Origin: Octopus vulgaris
Lineage: Eukaryota
Assembly (NCBI GenBank): GCA_951406725.2
Contig: OX597820.1
Location: 16,740,001 to 16,804,000, forward strand
Reading direction: 5' to 3'
Length of the DNA stretch: 64,000 nucleotides
The translations under genes were made by a program, and so were the position numbers. Numbering within the stretch: the first letter of the stretch is position 1; every line of letters begins with the position of its first letter. Below are positions 1 through 13,919 of this stretch, piece by piece. Under the pieces are notes generated by a model that was not told the DNA's origin, made no database searches, and was given only the letters and a program-made list of their open reading frames with translations.

Positions 1-1
1 A

Positions 2-32
<31 letters not shown>

Positions 33-260
33 GTATATATATGTATATGTATATATATATGTATATGTATATAAATATATGTATATGTATATATATATAT
101 ATATGAATATATATATGTATATATATATATATGTGTATATATATATATGTATACATATGTATATATATATGCATATATATATGTATGCATGTTGGCAAAT
201 AATCTTTCTCTCTGTCCCGCTCTCTCTCTTTCTCTCTCTCTCTATATATATATATACATG

Positions 261-306
<46 letters not shown>

Positions 307-332
307 ATGTGTGTGTGTGTGCTTATGTGTGT
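1..332. repeat. Compound microsatellite (TA/TATG, CT, GA, TG)
   Basis: Dinucleotide and tetranucleotide runs read directly. Confidence 0.95.
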
Positions 333-436
333 AAATGAAAATAAGACTGAATGAAGAATTACCAAGTGGAAATAATATTGAGTTGCTTATATAAATTCCT
401 GCAAGCCTTCGAACCTCAATATTTCTAAAGTTCAGG

Positions 437-506
437 CATCATTGTCGTCATCCTTACCGCAACCACCACCACCACCACCACCACCACCACCACCACCACC
501 ACCACC

Positions 507-560
<54 letters not shown>

Positions 561-835
561 GTCACGGTCACCGTCATCGTCGTCGTCGTTCCTTGAGTCT
601 TCGATATTTCGTTCTTGCTTGGTCATTTCTCATTATTTTTTTAACTCTTTTTTTTGTCCATTTTTTTTCTTTTCTGTGTTGAGATATTAGGGGAAAGGAG
701 GACCCAATTATCTGCAGAACATGACAATTTCCAGCTGAATACCAATTCTACTTTTATAGGTCATTCGCCACTCAATCCAATTTGCCGAAGCTGCTGAAGC
801 TGCTGCTGCTACTGCTGCAGATCATGATGGAGATG

Positions 836-900
<65 letters not shown>

Positions 901-992
901 AATGGTGATGATGAGGATGATGATGATGATGATGAAGATGAAGATGATGATGATAATGATGGTGATGACGAAGATAATGGCAATGTTGATAC

Positions 993-1033
<41 letters not shown>

Positions 1034-1050
1034 GTGATAATGATGGTGTC
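437..1050. repeat. Trinucleotide tracts (CCA)n/(CAT)n and (CTG)n/(GAT)n
   Basis: Runs at about 462-590 and 790-1045. Confidence 0.95.
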
Positions 1051-1395
1051 AGAAGAAAAGAAGGTGGTGTTACAAAGACAACTGTAATGGCGCTTCTTTC
1101 TCCATTCTCTGCTCTCATATTTCCTATATATTTTGTCGATACTAACTGTAAAGTTGCTACCGCAGTAGCTACTCATTGGAAAGTTTGCCTCACGTTCGTA
1201 TTTCATTCTTAATTTCTTATATTCTTTTAGCTGTAGCTTTTGCTTCAGGAATTTGACACTTAAGTACAGCTTCACCCGTCTGTCAAACGACGGTTTATTT
1301 ACGTGCCATAAGTGAGACTCTATGGAGTCTCCCAATCACGTCCTGCCCTCTCTCTCTTTAAAAAATGCCACGGTTTTCTCATAAATATATCGTCA

Positions 1396-1794
1396 GGCTG
1401 TGTGGTAAGTAGCTTGTTTACCAACCACATGGTTCCGGGTTCAGTCCTACTGCGTTGCACTTTGGGCAAGTGTCTTCTACTATAGCCTCGGGCCGATCAA
1501 AGCCTTGTGAGTGGATTTGGTAGACGGAAACTGAAAGAAGCCCGTCGTATATATGTGTGTATATATATATATATGTATGTGTGTGTGTTTGTGTGTCTGT
1601 GTTTGTCCCCCCTGCAATATCGCTTGACAACCGATGCTGGTGTGTTTATGTCTCCGTCACTTAGCGGTTCGTGGCCGATAGAATAAGTACTGGGCTTACA
1701 AAGAATAAGTCCCGGGGTCGAGTTGCTCGATTAAAGGCGGTGCTCCAGCATGGCCGCAGTCAAATGACTGAAACAAGTAAAAGAGTAAAAGAGT
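1396..1794 (+). mobile_element. SINE family A (tRNA head, CORE-like centre), near full length
   Basis: B-box-like GGGTTCAGTCC, TTGGGCAAGTG core-like motif, internal TA/TG run, (AAAGAGT)n tail; more than 12 copies in window. Confidence 0.9.
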
Positions 1795-1813
1795 ATATAT
1801 ATATACACGTACA

Positions 1814-1985
1814 TAGGCGTAGGAGCGACTGTGTGGTAAGAAGCTTGCTTCCCAATCACATGTTTCCAGGTTCAGTCGCACTGTGTGGTTTCTTGGGCAA
1901 GTATCTTCTAATATAACCTCAGCCCAACCAAATTTTGAGAGTAGATTTGGTAAACGGAAACTGAAAGAAGCCTGTCGTATATATG
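1814..1985 (+). mobile_element. SINE family A, 5' half
   Basis: TAGGCGTAGGAG...GGTTCAGTCGCACTG...GGAAACTGAAAGAAGCC. Confidence 0.85.
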
Positions 1986-2357
1986 TTGACTGTTCTTTGA
2001 GCCACTTCTTCACTACAGTTTTAACTTCCTCGTCACTGGAATAATGTCTGCCTCTCAAACCCTCTTTCATGGGGCCGAAGAGATGATAGTTTGAAGGTAT
2101 TAAATTATTCCAGTGACGAGGAAGTGAAAACTGTAGAGAAAAAGTGGTTCAAAGAACAGTCAATAGAATTTTACGGGACAGGGATACATGCTTTCATTCG
2201 AAGGTGGAACATTGCTATTGAGATTAACAGTGACTATGTTGAGAAGTAGGGATGTGATCCACAGAGGACCAGCTTCTTTTTGATGTATGATACATGTTCC
2301 TGTGTTGGTAATTATAACTGTCTTAAACGAAATGGCATTACTTTTTGACTCACCCTC

Positions 2358-2358
<1 letters not shown>
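1986..2358. mobile_element. Rearranged mariner 3' end: two inverted transposase C-terminal fragments plus 3' TIR
   Basis: Minus 2090-1986 YHLFGPMKEGLRGRHYSSDEEVKTVVKKWLKEQ; plus 2106-2249 YSSDEEVKTVEKKWFKEQSIEFYGTGIHAFIRRWNIAIEINSDYVEK*; TIR-like end ATTACTTTTTGACTCACCCTCG-TA. Confidence 0.85.
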
Positions 2359-2414
<56 letters not shown>

Positions 2415-2634
2415 CATATATATGCATATATATGTATTTATGGTGGTTATCTATTCTTTATGCAGAGTCTGACCACCTTTTGTACCTACAACATAAATCC
2501 ATTTGATGTGGCTTTTTAAACCAGACAATGTGTTGAAAAGCTACCCACATAGATTGCACCTCCGATTTTGGACCACCAAGAATTGCAGTTAAGTTATGAT
2601 CTTTGTGGGTCTTAAAATGTCTTTTATACATACA

Positions 2635-2692
<58 letters not shown>

Positions 2693-2699
2693 TACATAT

Positions 2700-2783
<84 letters not shown>

Positions 2784-3864
2784 GTTTGCGTGTTTGTTTC
2801 TGTGTTTGTTCTCTTCCATCGCTTGACTGCCATTGCTAGTTTGTTACATGCTGTGTCACGCTGGTTCTTCTTTGGAATTCTGTTAAAGGCACACATGTCT
2901 GTGGAATACTCAGCCACTTACACGCTAATTTTTGACCCGGAAATTCAGTTGATTGAATGACTGAGATTCACCACGTCTTCCTTTAACATTTTTTTAAAAA
3001 TCAGAAATAAGCCGCGAACGGTTTAGAAAGAGGTTTGGCTGTATGAAGGCACCTTTTATTGTTCATCTATTACTGATTTATCTATCACTGATCCGAATAA
3101 TGCGGTAGGTTCAATTGTGAACAATATTACGCTTATCACGAATTGATCCATGATAACACCGGTCGGCGAGAGGTCAAAGATTCTGCTTGGACTGCGAAAA
3201 CGCGGCCCATCGAACACTCACAACGCTCAAGTCAACTTGGGTTGGTTCTCAGAACGAAACCTAATTTTCCTATATGTTCTATTATTCAATTATCGCTGAT
3301 TCATTTAACGCGCTTTTTTTCTTTTGGAACCAAAGACCTGTGATAAACGAGGATAAGTGAAATATATGACATGTACTAGTTCTTATCGTCTTGCTAAAAT
3401 ACCTCTTAAAATTTTGAACAGAAATTAACAATTCTTCTAAGGAACGGTTCCTCTGACAGTGTGGTCACAGCTTTGACATGAAACCATGCCAAACATATAT
3501 CATATTTATGAGTACAAACATATATCTATAATACAAATTAGATGTTGTATGGCAGAATGGCCACGGTTTTGACATGCGGAACCCATACAAAACATTGCGA
3601 ATTTATAAGTACAAATTAGATGTTATATCGAATAAATTGTGAACATAAATCAATGCAGAAATTTGTTTCATTCAATACTTAAAGCGTCAGATGAAACATC
3701 TCAGCTTGAGTGATTGTCTGTCAGACGGAATTCAGACAAACCGTCCATGATTTGGATAGCTATATGTACGATTTTATTTCAAAAACAGGATAATGAGTGA
3801 ATATTCCCGATGTCCATAATTTATTGATTTTGTTTTTCTAACAAGCTAATATGACAGTCAGGAA

Positions 3865-4167
<303 letters not shown>

Positions 4168-4349
4168 AGTGAAAAATGTATTAATGTATGCATGCAAGTT
4201 TGTATGTATGCATGCATATGTATGCTTGTATAGACACGCATACACACACACACATACACACACATATTTGAATGTAGATATATACGTGTGTGTGTATGTA
4301 TGTAGATATTATATCTATATCTTATATATGTGTATATAGTTGAGATCTA

Positions 4350-4485
4350 TAGAAAAACAAAAGACGAAGACAGGTGTAGGAACAACAAGCAGGTGTATTA
4401 GTTTGACGCTCGGGAAAAGGAAAAGGTCTTTTACGTTTCGAGCCTATGCTCTTCAACAGAAAGGAACACGAGGAAATAAACAGAG
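4350..4485 (-). mobile_element. Short repeat with hammerhead-shaped motif (putative Penelope-like pLTR remnant), copy 1
   Basis: Homologous to 6960-7100, 36435-36575 and 62641-62685; minus strand CTTT-CTGTTGA-A-GAGC-ATAG-GCTC-GAAAC-GTA-AAAG. Confidence 0.6.
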
Positions 4486-4692
4486 AGAGAGAGAAAGAGA
4501 GAGAGAGAGAAAGAGAGAAAGAGAGTGAAAGAGAGAGAGAGAAAGAGGAAGATAGATAGATAGAGAGAGAGTGTGAGAGAGAGAGAATGAAAAAACTTGT
4601 AGATTATATAAATACATACATGCACATATATATATGTGAATGTATATATGCATATTTCGAGATGACAATTTTTTCTTGCCAAATATATGTAT

Positions 4693-4788
<96 letters not shown>

Positions 4789-4791
<3 letters not shown>

Positions 4792-4888
4792 GGCCTTCTC
4801 TCAGTTTCCGTCTACCAAATTCATTCACAAAGATTTTGGTCAGCCGTAGGCTATAGTAGAAAACACTTGCCCAAGGCGCCACGCAGTT
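4789..4888 (-). mobile_element. SINE family A fragment
   Basis: TCAGTTTCCGTCTACCAAAT...ACACTTGCCCAAGG. Confidence 0.85.
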
Positions 4889-5185
4889 GGATACACTATT
4901 TGCACATGCTGTTGTGCTTACAACTTCAACTGCAATGATCTGAAAGGAAAAGGCTATTTATTTCTGGATGTCTTTGCTTTATACTAAAAGCAGCTTAAAC
5001 TATTTCCAAGGTGAATTTATAGCCTTTCGCCTGCTGTGAGGAAACAACCTGAAAAACTAGCTTAAATGGAATCACTGGTGTACAGTAATGCCTTGGGAAT
5101 TGTTATTACATGATACATACATACATACATAAATACATACATACATGCATGCATGCATGCATGCATACATACATACATACATACA

Positions 5186-5217
<32 letters not shown>

Positions 5218-5231
5218 AGCATGTATACCAT

Positions 5232-5462
5232 TTTTCTTTATTGCCCACAAGGGGCTAAACATAGAGGGGACAAACAAGGACAGACAAACGGATTAAGTCG
5301 ATTATATCGACCCCAGCGCGTAACTGGTACTTATTTAATCGACCCCGAAAGGATGAAAGGCAAAGTCGACCTCGGCGGAATTTGAACTCAGAACGTAGCG
5401 GCAGACAAAATACCGCTAAGCATTTCGCCCGGCGTGCTAACGTTTCTGCCAGCTCGCCGTCT
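5232..5462 (-). mobile_element. SINE family B monomer (tRNA head, GTCGACTTTGCCTTTCATCCTTTCGGGGTCGAT central domain)
   Basis: Head GGCGAGCTGGCAGAAACGTTAGC, B-box GAGTTCAAATTCC; possible TSD TATACC. Confidence 0.9.
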
Positions 5463-5493
5463 TATACCTACCTACATAGTGTGTGTGTAAGTG

Positions 5494-5529
<36 letters not shown>

Positions 5530-5539
5530 AGTGGTACTT

Positions 5540-5740
5540 TGTCAGTCACGACGATGTGGGTTCCAGTTGATCCGAGCAACGGAACAGCCTGCTCGTGAAA
5601 TTAACGTGCAAGTGGCTGAGCACTCCACAGACATGTGTGCCCTTAACGTAGTTCTCAGGGAGATTCAGAGTGACACAGAATGTGTTAAGCCTGGGCCATT
5701 TGAAATACAGGTACAACTCTTTTTTACCAGTTGAGTGGAC
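5540..5740 (-). mobile_element. SINE tail-1 module, headless
   Basis: Matches 20180-20350 in reverse (GTCTGTGGAGTGCTCAGCCACTTGCACGTTAATTTCACGAGCAGG). Confidence 0.85.
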
Positions 5741-6351
5741 CGTACCTAAAGACATCTAAAACAGTTCAACCCTATCTACCAATAGGTCATACAAATTTGA
5801 CCATCGTTCTCTTGTACCGAACTGCTACAATATTTCTCGACAGGCTCGAAGTAATTATACAGTGGGCACGCGAAGCCTTATAAGGCCATCTTCACGGCGG
5901 TTTGGCATGGAGTAAATTCTGGCTGTAGGCAAAAGGTGTTAAAACAACAGCAGCCATTTCAGAGCTCCTCTTGTGGACCGACGAATGCATTTTAAGCTTA
6001 TTAGCTATCGTTAGCATAAGATACCGAGTGTGGATTAACCCTGAAATGACTTAGAGAAAATGAGCATAAAATATCTACTGACTATGTACAATTTTTACTG
6101 ATTTTCTACGAGGTAGCTAAGGAGCTTGAAGTGCATTCATCGGCAGACAGGGGGCGCGCTGAAATGATTGTTGTTTTATCTCCTGTTGCATAAGGCAAGA
6201 ATTTTCTCAGCGGCAAACCGCAGTGACAATGGCCTTTTCACAGATGGAATATGTTATAGATTTAAAATTTGTTGTTTTTCCACAACACTGTTTTGTGTAC
6301 ACACAAACACAGACGCACTCACACAAACACACACACTCACATACACACTAT

Positions 6352-6459
<108 letters not shown>

Positions 6460-6574
6460 TGAATGACCTGAATTTAATTCTTTGGGCAAAATTGAAACAG
6501 CTGTAAGAGAATCTGTTGAATTTTTGCAGTTAATAAATTATATTAATGCTACATCTCCATTTTCTGAACTTAAT

Positions 6575-6631
<57 letters not shown>

Positions 6632-6640
<9 letters not shown>

Positions 6641-6740
6641 GGAGTTCTACAGGACTAGAACTGTTTCATTCAAGAGAAATCTTCCTGAAGATTTCTCTTG
6701 AATGAAACAGTTCTAGTCCTGTAGAAGCTCCTTCTATATA
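6632..6740. repeat. Near-perfect palindrome of about 109 bp containing a hammerhead-like fold (6681-6727, plus)
   Basis: Arms GAAGGAG(C)TTCTACAGGACTAGAACTGTTTCATTCAAGAGAAATCTTC around a 2-nt CT loop. Confidence 0.9.
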
Positions 6741-6812
6741 ATAAATTAATTTTACTCTGCTATGTATTGAGTACCTTATTTACTGTGGTTAACCCCGAAT
6801 CAACCCGGGACC

Positions 6813-6859
<47 letters not shown>

Positions 6860-6959
6860 CTGACCTTCTGGGTTTTTTGTTCGTCTGTGTATTTAGTATA
6901 TGTTCGTATGTTTATTTACTACACGTTTTTGTAATTATATATATATATATATACACATT

Positions 6960-7100
6960 TGAAATTTACAGAAACGCAAAAGACGAGGACAAGTGTAAAA
7001 ACAACAAACAGCTGTATTAGTTTAACGCTCTAGAAGATGGGAAAGTCTTTTACGTTTCGAGCCTACGCTCTTTAACAGAAAGAACACAAAAATAAGCAAG
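6960..7100 (-). mobile_element. Hammerhead-shaped short repeat, copy 2
   Basis: Minus strand TCTTT-CTGTTAA-A-GAGC-GTAG-GCTC-GAAAC-GTA-AAAGA at 7083-7046. Confidence 0.6.
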
Positions 7101-7251
7101 AGTGTATGTGAGTGTGTGTGTGTTTGTGTGAGTGCGTCTGTGTTTGTGTGTACACAAAACAGTGTGGTGGAAAAACAACAAATTTTAAATCTGTAATAAT
7201 AAGCAAGAGAGAGAAAAAATAACTTTTGGAGGCAGCGGTCAATCATGGTGG

Positions 7252-7333
<82 letters not shown>

Positions 7334-7458
7334 GTAGTTCATTTATCAGTAAAATATACACAGTCTAGAGCATTACAGCAGAAATATATTTGCGCTTCAT
7401 ACGTGCAAATCCAATGGTCACTCAGTGATGGAGCATAAACTCTTAACTTTCTCAAACC

Positions 7459-7561
<103 letters not shown>

Positions 7562-7563
7562 TA

Positions 7564-9308
7564 CTAGCTGAAGGTGACCCGCTCTACGCGCGGGTAAGAG
7601 TGTGGTTGTTACTTTCTGTTGCTTCCTTTCAGCACGTAAAAAGCACCATCCGAACGTGGCCGATTGCAGCACTGCCTTGACTGGCTTCTGTGCCGGTGGC
7701 ACGTAAAAAGCACCAACCGATCGTGGCCGCTGCGAGCCCCCCCTGGCACTCTCTTACTTTTCTTTTCTCTCGGACTCTCCCTCGCTTTCTCTTACTCTCT
7801 ATCTTTATCTATTTCTCTTCCATTTATAAACAACAAAAGATCTTGAGTAAGTTGAGAAATAAAATATTTAGAAAGATCAATCATAAATATCAGGCAGTGG
7901 CAACGGAAAGGTCTGCTTCAAGGCAGACAGCAAAACACTAACATTTAAAAGGGACAGACGAACTTGCGAGCTGAATAAAAATAATGAAATATTGGAAACC
8001 AAAGTTTGAAGGGATAGAATCTGAGGATAGTAGAGTCACCATGGCTGGCATTTCTTAACGACGGACAGCAACGTATTGACAGTTTAACGGCTGGCGTAAA
8101 ATTTTGAACTTGATGTAAAAAAAAATTCGTAAACACCAAGTTTTGAAGTGATTCTTTCTCACGACAGTAGACTCGCCATGGCAAGCATTCAAAACTTCTT
8201 CATCATGGACGGCAACACATTGACGATTAAAAGGCTGGCGCAAATTTTTTAGCTTGATGTAACAGAGAATTCCTAAACACTCGCTCCTTTAAATTTTAAT
8301 CCCCTTCCAGCCCCATTTAGACCCCTTTTCACATTTTGGTTAATATAACCCGATTTCATTCGGGTCTACTGGGGCCACATTTTATAAGATGAGGAATTTT
8401 GTCCTAGAGGTCACGCCTTTCATTTCAGGAAAAAAATAGTTGTCATGCAAACTTGTCAGCACGTTTAACATAGGTGCGCATATTTTCAGCTGAACCGACC
8501 GACCACATAATGCACACATTATACATATATGTGTATATATATATGTGTGTGTGTGCGTGTGCACGCATTATATATGCAAATGTATACAAATTATATATAC
8601 ATATATGTATAAATTAAATTAGAGATAAAACCACTAATAGGCAAATCAAACAGTGAAAAACCAAAAACAAAAACATAAAAATAAAAATATAATATAGAAA
8701 ATATATAAAATATAAAATTGAAAAATTTAAATTATTTAAATTTAAAATAAAAATTATCAAATTATATTCATGATTTGTTTAAAAATATATATAACTACCA
8801 AAAAGTATTAAAAAGTTATATATACATAAATACAGATATATACACTTTGTATATATACATTATATATACATATTTATATGTAGAACACACACACACACAC
8901 ACACATATATAAATGAACGCAAAAAATATCTGATTCATGATATTTGTTCTCATGATTGTGTGTTGTTTGTGGCGATGATAATTCTCTCTATGAATGCAGA
9001 CAGATACATAAAAGAACGCCGTTTGACGAACTTATAAAGGGAAAGTGAAGGGGAGTTAGAGGGGAATGGAGGAAATAGTGTGAGTGAGTGAGGAAGACAT
9101 ATACGTAAAAGAACGAGAGTGGACTTGTCAAAGTGGGTTTTTGACCCTGGCAGCGACACCTTTTAAGATAGGGATTTCTAAGGTAGCCCACGGGCATCGT
9201 AACCTCATTTTATATGTCCCTGTAAATTTTGGAGTCAATCCGACGGGATGTAGTGGCCTTGAAAGCGATCCAAACGGTCCAAACGCATTTCAGTTTTATA
9301 TATAGAGA
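7564..9308 (-). mobile_element. Non-autonomous Helitron, about 1.75 kb
   Basis: Minus strand A|TCTCTATATATAAAA start; 3' hairpin ACCCGC-GCGTAGA-GCGGGT followed by CTAG|T; no TSD. Pairing of the two ends is inferred. Confidence 0.75.
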
Positions 9309-9610
9309 TTATTTGCCTAACTTGATTGTCATTTCTATATTCATCTAACGCCTCAAGTCGGAATACCTTGAGCACTTCAAAGTGCGGTCTATACATTGGA
9401 AATTTTTTTTTCTCTTTTAAATATAATTATATATGTAGTGAATCCAAACAAAAGAAGAACAATCATGAAAAACAACAACTCGTGGACGTGGTACAAGTAA
9501 TGTATTATCAGACGCCCACGAAAGGAATATATATATATAAAGAAAATGAAGGTCAGAGGAACGAAGATTTGCACATCCATATTTTATTGTACAGCTATTT
9601 ATGTCATTTT

Positions 9611-9659
<49 letters not shown>

Positions 9660-9748
9660 TAGTAGTTACATGAAATAACGTATATATATATACATATATA
9701 TAAAGATATATATATATATATATATCGTAGTAGGTACACGAAATAACG

Positions 9749-9852
<104 letters not shown>

Positions 9853-10345
9853 GACTATCTGTGCTAGGCCACTGGTAATAATAATTTCTATATTTCTTAT
9901 TACCCTAATATTATTTTTTATGTTTAAATATATATATATATATATATATGTACGTTCATATGTACATACACAGACGCACACATATATACAATATGTAGAT
10001 AAATATATATATATATGCATATATACCTAGGCAAACACAGGTACATATGTACGTGTGGAAGTATGTGTGTGTGTGTGTATGCTTTGCTTTGAGATTTGTG
10101 TAAGAATCCGGTCACCGACAAAGGAAGCACTTTTCTTTGAGTGAAGATGCTTCAGGGGATTTGTGAATATATAATATATGTGACACACGAGCATCTACAT
10201 GTATATATATATATATATATACATACATACATACATATATATATATATATATCTGTATATATATATGTATATATATATATATATATAACAATGATAAATA
10301 TCAAAGTGAGTTAGGGGTTAGCCATATTGAAATGGCAAAAATACG

Positions 10346-10429
<84 letters not shown>

Positions 10430-10964
10430 TCTGTATATATATGTATATATATATGTGTGTGTGTGTATGTGTGTGTATGTGTTCGTGTGTGTGTGTGTGT
10501 GTGTGTGTGTATACTTAAAAGGTCACAACCGGACCTCAAAGAGAAGCCAGCTAAAATATGTTTGTAAATAAACAGGAAAATATACATGAATGCACACACA
10601 CACACACACACACACATACTTTCTCTTCTTCTCTTCCTCCCACCTCTGCCTCTTCCCCCTCTCTCTCTGTCTTTCTCCCCTCCTATGTTACGTATGCAAT
10701 ATATATACAACACAACCCTTCATAATTTAAGACTAATTCTCCAGCATGGCAGTCAATGCAGTAAAAAAAGATTTATTACAGCTGACAGCAGAAGGTGATT
10801 GGGAAACCAAATCGAGACAGATGGGGAAGTTTAAGAGTAAAGAAAGGAGGAAGGAGTTCGGGGAGCAGAGAAAGGGAGAGTCGAATGAGAGTGGCATAAA
10901 CGGATGGAGAGAAATCTTAATAAAAAAAGACGTCCATAACTGTGATAAATAGATGAATAGATAG

Positions 10965-11505
<541 letters not shown>

Positions 11506-11841
11506 CAAGTAGACAGGCAGATAGATAGATAGACAGATAGAGATAAAAATATAAATAGATTATGAATTAGATATATAAATAGAAAAAAAACGATAGATAG
11601 ACTGACAAATTAGTTGCTAGATAGATAGATAGACAGACAGATATATATACATATAAAAGTAAATAAATGGCACAACGAAGCACCGATATTTACTGGAAAA
11701 TAGCGAACGTAATAAATACGACGCTAATGTATAGCTTCACTGCGTATGTACTAGTAAAGATGCGTGTGTGCAACAAACATGAAAAAAATTGTCATACCTC
11801 TAGGAAGAACATTTGAAAAATGAAAAACCTAGAAACGGATA

Positions 11842-11913
11842 ATGCAGTACCGGTTTCAGATTCTTCAAAATACGTTTGCCAATGTATATTTGATTTGTCT
11901 TCATCAGCTGCAT
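11842..11913 (-). ncRNA. Type I hammerhead ribozyme (canonical core)
   Basis: Minus strand AUGCAG-CUGAUGA-[AGA..UCAAAUAUAC..GUAUUUUGA..UCU]-GAAAC-CG-GUA-CUGCAU; 6-bp stem I, palindromic ACCGGU stem III. Confidence 0.8.
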
Positions 11914-12444
11914 ATACCTCGACAACATTTCAAATGTTGCCACATCTATGCCAGTACACTCTATATAGATAGATAGATAGATAGGGGATAGATAGATAGG
12001 AGATAGATAGATAGATAGATAGATAGAGAGACAGATAGATAGATATACAGACAGACAGACAGATTTTGATCAGCCATGATCTCTGTCGTTCCAGTTGCGA
12101 TCACCTAGTTTGAGTTTAAAGTATGGTGTATCAAAGAATTCATTGTCACCTCGCTTTCTCCTTTTTAAGACAGCAAGTCGTGTTTCCAAGCAGATTTGGC
12201 TACTATTTCGTGCAAGTCGAAGTTACTGTTGTTGTTTTGGCTGTTGTTGTGGCTATTGTGATCATCTCATTTTTAAAATAACATCTACAACTACATGCGT
12301 CCTCTAATTTGCCCTTCTCCTTTAAACATGGAAGATTCGGCTGTTGTTTCTAGCAGATCAATCGACGGCAGAGAAGATCCCACATAGCAAATCTGATTTC
12401 CAGTGTCACTTCAACTGCTTGGTCGATGTTTTCGGGAACAGCTG

Positions 12445-12960
12445 AGGTGTCGGTGGCGGTGGTGGTGTTGGTGCTGGTATTGGTGGTGGCGGTGTTGCTG
12501 TTGTTGTTGTTGTTGGTGGTGGTGGTGTTGGTGTTGGTGTCGTTGTTGGTGGTGGTGAAAAGCAAAGCTCAACAAGATATCTCATTTCTCTTTCTGAATA
12601 ATTTGAAACAAGTATGTCGAGAAAATCAGAAATCGATATTTCAAAGATCACCATCATCTTCGTCGTCGTCGTCGTCATCATCATCATCATCATCATCATG
12701 GTCATCATCTTCGTCGTCGTCGTCGTCATCTTCATCTGTATCATGATCATTGTGGTGGTGGTGGTCGTCGCTGCTGTAATCATTGTCGCCAACGTCTTCC
12801 CATCCTGCTCCTCCTCCTGCTCCTCCTCATCATCATCATCTTTATTGTTCTCGTTGTCGTCATCGTTATGACCGCTGTGGTCGCAGTCGTCGTCGTCGTC
12901 CTCCTCCTCCTTCGCTTCATCATCATCATCATCATCATCACCACCATCATCACCACCACC

Positions 12961-12994
<34 letters not shown>

Positions 12995-13061
12995 CCATCA
13001 CCATCATCATCATTATCATCACCACCATCATCATCACCACCACCACCACCATCATCACCAC

Positions 13062-13119
<58 letters not shown>

Positions 13120-13146
13120 GCCATCATCATCGCCATCTTCAGCAGC
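12445..13146. repeat. Compound trinucleotide region (GGT/GTT, CGT/CAT/CAC)
   Basis: Direct reading; source of the poly-His and poly-Met pseudo-ORFs. Confidence 0.93.
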
Positions 13147-13919
13147 AACTTTAACCTTTACTATATTCCTCGGTTCCTATACATTTTTTTATTTCGAACT
13201 CTTTCCACGCTTCACTCCTTTCTCTTCCTCTCCATTGATATTACACATTTATTTTTCTCTCCAAACTTCCCTCCGTCTCTCTCCTTACTCTTTCTCTCCC
13301 CTTCCATATTTTCATATATTTATACCCTTATTTTCGTTTCTCTTGTACATCCTCAATTTCTTTCTTTTTCTTTTTCTTTTTCGTCCTATCTTCTACATTT
13401 ATTTCATATTTCGATTCTTATTTGAAGGAAAACAATTCCACATTCTCTTTTATTACAATTATCTTTCATTCTTTCCTATCAATTCCTTTTTCATTTTCGT
13501 TTCCTCCATTTTTTCCCTCCATTTTTTTCCCCCTTCCATTTTACCTTTGTTATTTTTAAGTGCTTCCTCTTCTTCATTCGCTATCAAAATTTACCATTTT
13601 TTTCGTATATCTTTTCCTTTCTTCGTACACCGACAAAATGTATCGACTTCAATACGAAATACCAGCAAAGAAACAAGTTTAATGTTACTCAGAAAGAAAA
13701 CAGAAAAAAAAAATATGGCGAATCCAGTTATATTTATTGCGAAAACTTGCAACAGGGTCTTCTAGGTGTGTGTTTGTTATTTTTTTCGTGAGTTTTCCTA
13801 TGTAATCTAGTTCATTTGATGTAGATTTTTCCTATTCTTTTATTTTTCTTTCATATTTAATCATTGCAAGCTCCCTCAAAAATATGTTGTATACATACAT
13901 AGTTACATCCATAATACAT

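Noticed and set aside
3463-3630. Degenerate tandem duplication of about 95 bp
   Set aside because: Visible but ordinary local duplication with no further structure
6141-6160. CTCF-like site CAGACAGGGGGCGC
   Set aside because: Only the 3' half matches; a single short motif is expected by chance
12350-13765. Poly-His, poly-Met and Phe-rich ORFs as a possible host exon
   Set aside because: Open in several frames on both strands because of repeats; no recognisable protein or convincing splice pair, although a UTR or lncRNA cannot be excluded
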